A stretch of 62,950 nt of DNA, counting the filler, from Octopus bimaculoides (Eukaryota): the NCBI RefSeq assembly GCF_001194135.2. It is 7 parts of 7 records of this genome, joined end to end, with 100 filler letters (N's around TTAATTAATTAA, not from the genome) between each part and the next. Parts side by side here need not be neighbours in the genome. Positions count along the whole stretch, not along the records: positions 38,100 to 54,196 come from NC_069005.1; positions 54,297 to 58,019 come from NC_068984.1; positions 58,120 to 61,613 come from NW_026438481.1; positions 61,714 to 62,950 come from NW_026316420.1; 3 more parts are not named here. One strand, given 5' to 3'. Below the pieces are notes generated by a model that saw nothing but the letters and a program-made list of their open reading frames with translations, was not told the origin of the DNA and searched no databases. The translations under genes and the position numbers were made by a program. Positions 52,567-62,950 of this stretch are shown here, in pieces (position 1 is the stretch's first letter; each line of letters begins with the position of its first letter).

Positions 52567-52724
52567 TCAAAAGTCGAAGACAGATTGCTATGTGAGACAC
52601 CCCAACGCTGCATGGAAGCAATTTTGTGATAGGGCTGCACAACTGGTAATCCAAGAGGAGTTGTCCAGTTGACTGGTTGTTGACAAACTGTAGAAATCTG
52701 GTGGGCACACAGTGTCAGCCATAT
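52567..52724 (-). CDS. POLRMT: Mitochondrial RNA polymerase (T7-like single-subunit RNAP), internal coding exon (IWLTLCAHQISTVCQQPVNWTTPLGLPVVQPYHKIASMQRWGVSHSNLSSTF)
   Basis: Contains WTTPLGLPVVQPY, matching the conserved W(V/T)TPLG(L/V)PV(V/I)QPY block of POLRMT. Pyrimidine-rich acceptor ctttcttctcttccag ends at 52725 and donor GTGAGG is at 52566-52561. The 158-nt exon ends in phase 2, compatible with the exon at 49126. Confidence 0.93.
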
Positions 52725-52855
52725 CTGGAAGAGAAGAAAGACATACAATAATGACAAAACAAATAACTCACAACTTCAAATGTTTAAATAGTCCTTCATA
52801 CCTTTGTGAATTTGTGTAATGTTGTTATTTAGTGCAAGATCAGCTCTATGAACAG

Positions 52856-53195
52856 GTACAGGCATGGTTGTGTGGTAAGCTCACTTTGCAACCACATGGT
52901 TTCGTGTTCAGGCCCACCACATGGCACTTTGGGTAAATGTGTTCTACTATGGCCCTAAGCTAACCAATGTTTTGTGAGTGAATCCAGTATTTGGTAGACA
53001 GAAACTATATGTATAACTATATGTGTGTATGTGTGTGTGTCTTTGTGTATGATCCCTCCACCACTTGATACTAGGTACTGATTTGTTTACAGCCCTGTAA
53101 CTTAGATGCTTTGGCAAAAGAGACCAACAGAATAAGCACCAGACTTTAAAAAATAAATACCAGGGTTGATTTGTTCAACTAAACCCTTCAAGGCA
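52856..53195 (+). mobile_element. SINE family A copy, diverged
   Basis: Homologous to 23066-23450. Shorter family-A pieces also lie at about 2893-3015, 13945-14038, 19770-19895, 49410-49560, 51055-51235, 57565-57690 and 61735-61897. Confidence 0.8.
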
Positions 53196-54131
53196 GTACC
53201 TCAGCATGGTTGCAATCTGAAATAAGTAAAAGATATTTAGGACTATATAGTTGAAAGTGTTTATTTTACTAACAATATTATAGAGTGCAAGTAGAGGGAG
53301 ATTTGGTTGCTATTTCTTACAGGTTAAATTGGCTCATATTTTTGTAATGTTTTCTCAATGCTGTCCATCTTTTTGCCTGCATCTATGTCTGAACGTCTGT
53401 CTACAAGCATACAGTCAACAGGTAAAAGAGTAAAAAGTGTAAATATATCATCATCATTATTTCAAGTTGTCTTTCCATGCTGGTATGTGTGAGATGAGTC
53501 ATCACAGTTCAAGTCAGTTCTTACTGAGAACCACTGCCCTCATACAGAAGTCAGACAAATGTATGTTTCATTTTTGGTTTAGTTTCTACAGTTGGAAGAC
53601 CTTTCTATCACCAACCATTCAATAAATTCAAAGACTACTCACTACTCAAGGATGTGTAAGTTTTCTCATGGCAACATGGTATAAAGGAAGAGAGTAGTGA
53701 CAGAAGAGCTAGAGTAGGTGAGTGATGGCAGTAAGAGTATGCTGGTAGAAACAGAGTGACTGGTGTGAGAAAAGAGCAAGAGAGAGACTGATGGGTAATA
53801 ATAGAGGTAGAAAACAGTAAGATTTATGAATTGTGGCCTGGGGGAGAGTGACTGATGACTGGTGACTAGAAAGAGTGAAGGTAGAAGATATACTGGGTAT
53901 AAAAAGGTTCGATGCAGTCTTTTAAACATAAGCCTTACAATGGGGAACGGTGATGAGAGTCGTAGCACGAGAATAAAATGCAGGTGGGCCTGTGCAATTT
54001 GTTACTATGAGTGGCATAAATGAAAGATGGATAAGTGAAGGAGAGATGAGTGACAGGGAGATGAGCAGCTGGGAAATGACTGATAAGGAAATGAGAATAC
54101 ATGCATACATATGTGTGTGTGTGTATACATT

Positions 54132-54196
<65 letters not shown>

Positions 54197-54296
54197 NNNN
54201 NNNNNNNNNNNNNNNNNNNNNNNNNNNNNNNNNNNNNNNNTTAATTAATTAANNNNNNNNNNNNNNNNNNNNNNNNNNNNNNNNNNNNNNNNNNNN

Positions 54297-54639
54297 CTGA
54301 CCAAGACCTTTGGAAATGTGCTGTGCGTGAGAAGACTCGGCAAGCCAAGTGAGATCATTGCCAGTGCCCCTGGACTGGCTCTTGTGCGGGGGGCACATAA
54401 AAGACACCATTTTGAGCGTGGCCATTGCCAGTACCGCCTGACTGACCCTCGTGCGGGTGACACGTAAAAGCACCTACTACACTCTCTGAGTGGTTGGCGT
54501 TAGGAAGGGCATCCAGCTGTAGAAACTCTGCCCAATTAGATTGGAGCCTGGTGTTGCCATCCAGTTTCACCAATCCTCAGTCAAATCGTCCAACCCATGC
54601 TAGCATGGAAAGCGGACGTTAAACGATGATGATGATGAT
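54297..54639 (+). mobile_element. RTE LINE 3' UTR fragment with (GAT)n tail
   Basis: Matches 41870-42541 (gagaagactcggcaagccaagtgag...cgttaaacgatgatgatg). Confidence 0.85.
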
Positions 54640-55062
54640 ATATAAGGCAAGGAAGAAAATGAAGATATTCAATTGATAAATATCATCAAGATCTATGTAT
54701 TAATTACAATCATAGGAATAAATAAATACAACTTGTATTCATTTATTTATTCCAATGATTGTAATTAATAAATACATCTTGCTGATGTTTGTCAAGTGAA
54801 TATCTTCTCCATTTTCTTCCTGGCCTTATAAATTCTGCATAAACTTTTATTTACCTCCATTCATACCCATTATTCGATTGTACTATTGTCTTGCAACAGT
54901 AAGAATTTGGATATAGATAGGTATTCCTCAAGTAGTATATTGGATATTTATTATCCCTTAGATGGTTGTCTAACCTCTAACTAATATATATAATATGAAT
55001 ATATATATGTATATCTATCTATCTATATATATATATATATGTACATCTATCTATATATATGC

Positions 55063-55125
<63 letters not shown>

Positions 55126-56469
55126 TCGCCAAGCCAACATGGTAGTCCAAAAAATAGGAAAAATGCTGCTGTTGATTAACTCCAANNNNNNNNNNNNNNN
55201 NNNNNNNNNNNNNNNNNNNNNNNNNNNNNNNNNNNNNNNNNNNNNNNNNNNNNNNNNNNNNNNNNNNNNNNNNNNNNNNNNNNNNNNNNNNNNNNNNNNN
55301 NNNNNNNNNNNNNNNNNNNNNNNNNNNNNNNNNNNNNNNNNNNNNNNNNNNNNNNNNNNNNNNNNNNNNNNNNNNNNNNNNNNNNNNNNNNNNNNNNNNN
55401 NNNNNNNNNNNNNNNNNNNNNNATATATATATATATATATATATATATAAGAAAGTAAAGAAGGAAAATGCGCAAACTTTACATAGTTTTAATATAATTT
55501 TTAATATATCTTATACTGTGTTTGTCAACCGGTTTCATTTTCGCTAATCATGACATTAAAATTTATTTGAAGATGTATTTTCTTAAGAACAATTTTTTTG
55601 TCCATGTTGTGGGCGAAGTTTATGAATGAATGATTCAATAAGTAGAAAAATCTAAGTGGAGGTAATTGATTATTGTTATTATTGTGGACAGGGGAGATAA
55701 TTCTTCATCTTTCAGTAGGTGTTTGTGGGGATATATATATACACACAAAAATTTTAAAACTAGAGTAGTGGAGAGAAATATGTATAGTGATGGTTATGTA
55801 AATGTGAATTAAAATATATATAGAGATCAAAGTTTGTTATGCATGCATATTTAGTCGTTTTCTGTATTTATTGATGAGTAAATTTTCTTTATTGAAACAT
55901 TCTTGTAAAGAAATTGTATCTTTGCACTGGTAGAAGGGGAAAACTGTGAAATTTGGTTTGATGTTACCTGCACATCTTTCTATGTGTTCACTTAAAGAAT
56001 CTGTCTGTATTGCAGGAACTGGATCTGCTCTTTATGTAGAGCCATTCTCCATCTCAATGTCATACTCATCTGTCCAATGTAATGATGTTCATAACCTGAC
56101 CAGGTTATTACAGAGGCACAAGTGAAGTTGGTTTTAATTGTGAATCTCTCTCCTTGTTTGAAAAGGAAATCTGAGCCTTGAAGTGTGTGTGCATATATGG
56201 CTTTTTGTGACTATGTACTGTGTCTGTATGTATGGATATGTATCTTCATATGTGTGGACGTGTCTCTCCATATGCGTCCTTGTGTGAAGTGAAGTGTGTG
56301 TGTATATGGTCATGTGTTTCAGTCTTCATTTCTGTATGTGTGCTTGTCTGTTCATATAACCTATGTACCTATCCGTCTGTATGTATATCTGTTTACTTTC
56401 ATATCGATATGCCTACATACATGTGCATATTCATATACACACACACACCCATACACACACACACTCCGA

Positions 56470-56885
56470 CATTCACACATAAGGAGACAGAGGTACACAC
56501 ACACACATAAAAACACAGAAACACGATCACAAACACATGAATATGTAGAATACATACATACAAATGTACACACATACATATATACATGCACACACACACA
56601 CATGCATACACACACTTACATGCATACATACATACACACGTGTATGTGCACACACATATGCACAAACAAAAAGAACGCAGCTTGAATAAAGAACAGAGTC
56701 AACAACTATTGAAAAGTTTGCAAGAGGCAACGAAAATTTTAGAAAAATAAGTAAATGAGTGGAAATTTTACCGGTGAGTGTGTTAAATTATAAGGCACTA
56801 AAAGAGAATGACTCTCCCCAGACAGAACAGAATATGCTTCAACACACGAACTGACATAAAGAATTTTGTAAACCAAATCCAAAAA
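56470..56885 (+). repeat. Second copy of the microsatellite-carrying dispersed repeat
   Basis: aaggagacagaggtacacac...gaaaagtttgcaagaggcaacgaaaatttt...ctctccccagac matches the 19030-19480 reverse complement. Confidence 0.75.
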
Positions 56886-57709
56886 CGAAATATATACATA
56901 TTGATTTTGTTTTAATCACCTGACAAGTACCATGCGTGAAACTCTCAACTCTCGAGTTGCTTTGTAATTTCTGCTGATTAAAGAAAAAATAATATTTATT
57001 CTCATGTACTGAATTCTATTTATCCTGCTTGTTCTGCTAAACCCATACATACATATGTACATATAGACATACATATATACATTCACATACACATGCACAA
57101 ACACAAACACACACATGCATAAATGCAAACACACACACATATATATATATATATATAATTACCATGTACTGTTGTGTATTTGCATGATTTTCCATATTAT
57201 TTTCTATAGACATAAAAACATGACACGAAAAGAAAGAAAAAATACCAAAATTTTTTTGTTTAATTTTATTTAATAACAATAGTAAGTTGGTAGTACTAGA
57301 TAAGTATAAAAAATTACTATCACTGGTACTACATTGGATTTTTATGCCATAGGCAGACTATAAACCAATAATAAAAACCAATTTGTTTTTATTATTTCAC
57401 AGCCACTATACAGAATGATTTTTCTATAATTTGTAATGAATTAAGTTGAAGATAAATGAATTTTAATTACCAAATACCTGTGAACTGATCATTTCCTATT
57501 TGGTGTTGTGCGCAGAAAATAATGTAAATAAAAAGAAGAATATAAACAGAGAGTTTATGGCCATGTTAAGAAATTTGTTTTTCAAATGCTTCATTCATGG
57601 TTCAATCACACTGTACAGAACCTTGGGTAAGTGTCTCCTACTACAGCTTTATAAGTGAAATTTGATAGATGGAAACTGTGTAGAAGCTCATAGGATAATT
57701 TATATCATT

Positions 57710-57779
<70 letters not shown>

Positions 57780-58202
57780 CGGAAAAATTTGGATAAGTAC
57801 TGTTTTCACTTTGCTAAAGATTTTCTACTATTTGAAAATAATATGTATTCTTGTTTTTATACTATTCATTTGGTTCTTTATAGATTATTTTAATAGATAA
57901 CTTATTTAACACTATATTATTTAGGAGTTATAGTTTCATTTCAACATAATATTAGAACTTCGATTGGAATAGTGTTGATATATTTTCGATTATTTTTGAT
58001 TAATATTATTTGATTAATTNNNNNNNNNNNNNNNNNNNNNNNNNNNNNNNNNNNNNNNNNNNNTTAATTAATTAANNNNNNNNNNNNNNNNNNNNNNNNN
58101 NNNNNNNNNNNNNNNNNNNTATATATATATATATATATATATGCATACGTGCGTTTCATGAATACATTCGTTAGATACGAACATCCATGATTATAAATAA
58201 AC

Positions 58203-58237
<35 letters not shown>

Positions 58238-59271
58238 TACATACACACGTATTACACATACATAGTTCACACGTTCTTACAAACATAATACACACACAAT
58301 ACGGTCAACCAAACTCGCGCGCGCACCTATAGCATTGTCAAGCAGTTCCGTGTATATACACAATAGCCCGGCTGTCAGCTAATATATAGTGACATCCGTG
58401 AAGGAAACCGGCTTGTATACACGGATACTGTTGGCATACAGTAAAAATTATGTACACAATAAACACATTGCTATGTTTATATATATGTGTATATNNNNNN
58501 NNNNNNNNNNNNNNNNNNNNNNNNNNNNNNNNNNNNNNNNNNNNNNNNNNNNNNNNNNNNNNNNNNNNNNNNNNNNNNNNNNNNNNNNNNNNNNNNNNNN
58601 NNNNNNNNNNNNNNNNNNNNNNNNNNNNNNNNNNNNNNNNNNNNNNNNNNNNNNNNNNNNNNNNNNNNNNNNNNNNNNNNNNNNNNNNNNNNNNNNNNNN
58701 NNNNNNNNNNNNNNNNNNNNNNNNNNNNNNNNNNNNNNNNNNNNNNNNNNNNNNNNNNNNNNNNNNNNNNNNNNNNNNNNNNNNNNNNNNNNNNNNNNNN
58801 NNNNNNNNNNNNNNNNNNNNNNNNNNNNNNNNNNNNNNNNNNNNNNNNNNNNNNNNNNNNNNNNNNNNNNNNNNNNNNNNNNNNNNNNNNNNNNNNNNNN
58901 NNNNNNNNNNNNNNNNNNNNNNNNNNNNNNNNNNNNNNNNNNNNNNNNNNNNNNNNNNNNNNNNNNNNNNNNNNNNNNNNNNNNNNNNNNNNNNNNNNNN
59001 NNNNNNNNNNNNNNNNNNNNNNNNNNNNNNNNNNNNNNNNNNNNNNNNNNNNNNNNNNNNNNNNNNNNNNNNNNNNNNNNNNNNNNNNNNNNNNNNNNNN
59101 NNNNNNNNNGATATATCGATTTATTCACCACTCTATGTTAACATTTCTGTGCCAAACTTATCCAGTGACTGGTCCATTGGATTTAGACGTTTGGCACTTC
59201 TTCAGGAAGTTGTACTCTTTCACCACAACTTTCTCTCACTCTTACTTCCTGTTTCTGTTGTGCCTGTAATT

Positions 59272-59436
59272 CAAAGGGTCAGCCTTGTCACACTCTGTGT
59301 CACGCTGAATATCCCCCGAGAACTACGTTAAGGGTACACGTGTCTGTGGAGCGCTCAACCACATGCACGTTAATTTTACGAGCAGGCTGTTCCGTTGATC
59401 GGATCAACTGGAACCCTCGACGTCATAAGCGATGGA
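59272..59436 (+). mobile_element. SINE family C, 3' portion
   Basis: Homologous to the reverse complement of 25372-25545. Confidence 0.75.
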
Positions 59437-59479
59437 GTGCCAACAAATTCCTAATCAAAAAATGTCTAGTAAAAAACAA

Positions 59480-59877
59480 AGACCGTCCTAAAACGAACAA
59501 TCTAATCGCACGGCCAAATACAGCAAGGATGACATTCCAAAAGCTGGAGCAGTCTGAATGGGAAACGATGCCCCAACCACCATATTCGCCAGATATTGCC
59601 CCGTCTGATTATCATTTATTTTGTAGTCTTCAAAACCATTTTGACGGGAAAAATATGAATTCTGTAGACGAGGTTAGAACAGTACTGAAGGAGTATTTTT
59701 CGTCACGGACAAGTGAATTTTGGAAGAGGGGCCTTGCAAGTCTCCCAGATAGATGGAAGAACATTGTAGAAAATGGAGGAGAGTATAGTTTAGAATAAAA
59801 AAAGAACTTTGCTTATCTTAATTTTGAAAAATAAAAGATGTATATAAAAACTGCATTATTTATGGGATGACCCAATA
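59480..59877 (+). mobile_element. mariner transposon 3' fragment with terminal inverted repeat
   Basis: WETMPQPPYSPDIAPSDYHLFCSLQNHFDGK...LPDRWKNIVENGGEY. Ends gcattatttatgggatgacccaa-TA. Confidence 0.9.
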
Positions 59878-59974
59878 CATACATACATACATACATACAT
59901 GCATACATACATACACACACACGCACACACATACATACATACATACATACATACATACATACATAATCCTCTTA

Positions 59975-61570
59975 GCAGTTTATCATAGACTAATAGCTGG
60001 GGTACTACCTCCTGCTTTGAAGGGTAGGGGTTTGCAATCCAGGAACAGGAAATATCAGCCAAGTACCTGATGCGTAAAAGGGACAGACATGCAGGGAAAG
60101 CCATAAAATGTGACAACCGATGCAGACTTTGTGGAATTCGCACTGAAGATATCTCCTACATCATCACAGTATTATCTATCGATGAGACATGTTGTTGTAC
60201 TAGGACACTCTATAATGAAATCCGTCGGAAGGATAATCCCGAGCACAAAGAAATAAGAACCCACAATATGGTAGAAGTCATAGCCACTCATAATAAAAAG
60301 GAAGGATCTTTTTTAAAACGGGGGCCACATTTTTCATTAACGAAACACTTTGAAACTTGGAACACTGGTAGAATGTGTCATATAAAACATCTTTTTCTCT
60401 TAGTCTTCTTAAAAAAAAAAAGAAATCCATAAGTTATTCCATGTTAAAGTTGTCGTATTTCTGTAATTTCAACCAATCACTGACGTCCATTCAGCCGATA
60501 TACATTAAGTGCCGACTACATAAACAAACGATTCTGAAACAATTCTATCGGTGATAGGGTTAGGGTTAGGGTAAAACAGCAAATTTAAAAAGAAAAAAGC
60601 AAATAAAACGAAGCTATGGCTTAATCAGCCAAAGGAGTAAATGTAAACAACTGAATACTTGTCAGTGATTGGTTGAAATTATCGAAATAAGACAATTTTT
60701 TACATGAAATAAATTCGAATACAAAAATATTTTTCTGTTCTATAACACAAAATAGATAAGTATACGAAGTTTGAAAGTCTTTCCGTACCAAAAACACTAC
60801 GTAAAACATTAATGAAAAATGTGGCCCCCGTTTTAAAAAAGATCCAAAAGGNNNNNNNNNNNNNNNNNNNNNNNNNNCAAATAAAACGAAGAAAAAAATA
60901 AGAAAATGAAAAAAGCAAATTTAAAATGAAAAAAGCAAATAAAACGAAGCTATGGCTTAATCAGCCAAAGGAGTAAATGTAAACAACTGAATACTTGTCA
61001 GTGATTGGTTGAAATTATCGAAATAAGACAATTTTTTACATGAAATAAATTCGAATACAAAAATATTTTTCTGTTCTATAACACAAAATAGATAAGTATA
61101 CGAAGTTTGAAAGTCTTTCCGTACCAAAAACACTACGTAAAACATTAATGAAAAATGTGGCCCCCGTTTTAAAAAAGATCCAAAAGGAATACTGGTGGAA
61201 TGTACCTGTGAAGACTCCAATAAAATGTAAGCACAACAGACGTGATATAATGATTTGGGATAGAGAAGAGAAACTGTGCACAGTTGTAGAAATTAGCTAT
61301 CCAGCAGATGTTAACATAAAACTGAAGATGAGTGAAAAAGAGAACGCCTATGCTGAACTATTGAGAAATCTACAGTTTCTCTATCCAGATTACAAGTTCG
61401 GGTTTATACCTGGAATTATAGGAGCTCTGGGATATGTAAGACATTGCCTAGAAACCAATCTTAAGAAATTAGGCTTCTCAAAACCAGAAAGGAGAAAGCT
61501 AATTCGAAGACTACAGATCCAATCCATCACTGGAACTGTAAAAATCTGTAAAAGCTTCCAGAAGTTTTAT
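59975..61570 (+). mobile_element. 5'-truncated RLE-type (R4/Dong/R2-like) non-LTR element: zinc knuckle + endonuclease, interrupted by a MITE
   Basis: AIQEQEI, CDNRCRLC...EDISYII, then (MITE removed) HNKKEYWWNVPVKTPIKCKHNRRDIMIWDREEKLCTVVEISYP...KENAYAEL...IIGALG. Confidence 0.85.
60304..60845. mobile_element. MITE with 37-bp TIRs (5'-GGATC) and 8-bp target-site duplication AAAAGGAA
   Basis: ggatcttttttaaaacgggggccacatttttcattaa at 60304-60340, with its reverse complement ending at 60845 and again at 61145-61181. AAAAGGAA at 60296-60303 and 61182-61189. Removal restores the LINE frame HNKKEYWW. Confidence 0.9.
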
Positions 61571-62023
61571 CATTTAAATATATATGAGCATGTCTAGATA
61601 TGTAACTATATGCNNNNNNNNNNNNNNNNNNNNNNNNNNNNNNNNNNNNNNNNNNNNTTAATTAATTAANNNNNNNNNNNNNNNNNNNNNNNNNNNNNNN
61701 NNNNNNNNNNNNNTATATATATATACATAAATTCGATGGCCATCTTTTAGGTTCTGTCTACCATATCTACTCATAAGGCATTGGTTGACCCGAGGTTGAA
61801 GTAGAATCCGCTTACCGTAGGTGCCACGCAGTGAGGGTGAACCCGGAACCATGTCTTTGGGAAACAAGCTTCTTACCACACCGCCATTCCACCGCCTATA
61901 CCTACATATGTACAGTATTAACATAGATATATATGTAAACATATATACACATATGTACATATACCTATATATGTATGCTATCATATATATGAATACATAT
62001 ATCCTTACATTTATATATACATT

Positions 62024-62058
<35 letters not shown>

Positions 62059-62772
62059 ATATATAACGCTAGATTTATAGATATGTACACGTATACATAC
62101 ATATCTATATTAATAGATATGCCTAAATATACCTGTTTATACCATATATATATATATATATATATACGCACGCATATATATATAGATTATAAAATGTTAT
62201 ATATACAAATATGCGAAGATACACACATATGTATGTATGAATGTATGAATGTATGTATGTATGTATGTATGTATGTATGTACGAATGTATGCATTTTAAT
62301 TTATACAAATGATTTCGATAATCTAGATTGTAGTCTCGGAGGACTCGGCTCAACATAATATTTTTACACCTAGCATTATTCATTATTTACATTTTTACCA
62401 GTTTCACAAAAACACATATACGAATATGACATGCATAGGTGTATTATATACTTGTGTGTTTGTGTGAGTGTGTGTCTGTAAGTCTGTGTGTGTGTGTATA
62501 TATATATGCGAGTGTATGTGTGTGACTGTGTATACATATAGATATGAATACATACAAATACACACAAATATATATATACATTTATACAGGATTTTTTTCT
62601 CTTTACATAGATTTATAATACTTTTAACCATATACCGCCGAAAGCAAAAAAAACCCCATAAATACACTTACACACATATATATATATATATTATTTATAT
62701 ATATCTATTTCGATGCACGTATGCATGTACACATCTGTGTTGTGTGCGTGTGTTTACGCACTCACACACACA

Positions 62773-62808
<36 letters not shown>

Positions 62809-62950
62809 TTCCTAGCTGTTTGTATATATGTATTTATATGTATACATATATTTCAAAGGCCTAACACACATAAAATCTTACATACCCACTACGTATACAT
62901 ATATATACATATACATATGCATACATATATACATACATACATATATATAT

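Noticed and set aside
60878-61181. Apparent tandem duplication of the MITE right half
   Set aside because: Identical sequence on both sides of a 26-N gap, and the first copy is already followed by the TSD start. Most likely an unmerged contig overlap.
1-62950. CRISPR arrays, rRNA or bona fide tRNA genes, prokaryotic operons
   Set aside because: None seen. tRNA-like A/B boxes all belong to SINE heads without complete cloverleaves, and regular repeats are microsatellites or TE subrepeats.

Overview
AT-rich, microsatellite- and transposon-dense eukaryotic intronic/intergenic DNA from a gappy draft assembly. The SINE/LINE complement looks like a cephalopod (octopus-type) genome; this is an inference from repeat style, not a database result. 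The only host gene I can identify is mitochondrial RNA polymerase (POLRMT): two minus-strand coding exons at 52567-52724 and 49028-49126. Its remaining 3' exons are not visible in the called bases. Most other sequence is decayed mobile DNA: a Penelope-like element (RT + GIY-YIG) with an inverted end copy, RTE, CR1 and R4/Dong-type (restriction-like endonuclease) LINEs, several mariner copies, a Merlin/IS1016-type and a hAT/Buster-type transposase remnant, a Helentron-associated (HINE-like) element, MITEs and three tRNA-derived SINE families. The most unusual signals are minimal hammerhead-ribozyme folds of the Penelope-associated type. One (34961-35006) sits downstream of a Pol III A/B-box head inside an element with inverted ends. 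A second family (17855-17901, minus) carries a G3/C8 swap of the conserved C3-G8 core pair. Almost all ORFs in the supplied track that are X-, microsatellite- or SINE-derived are not genes.
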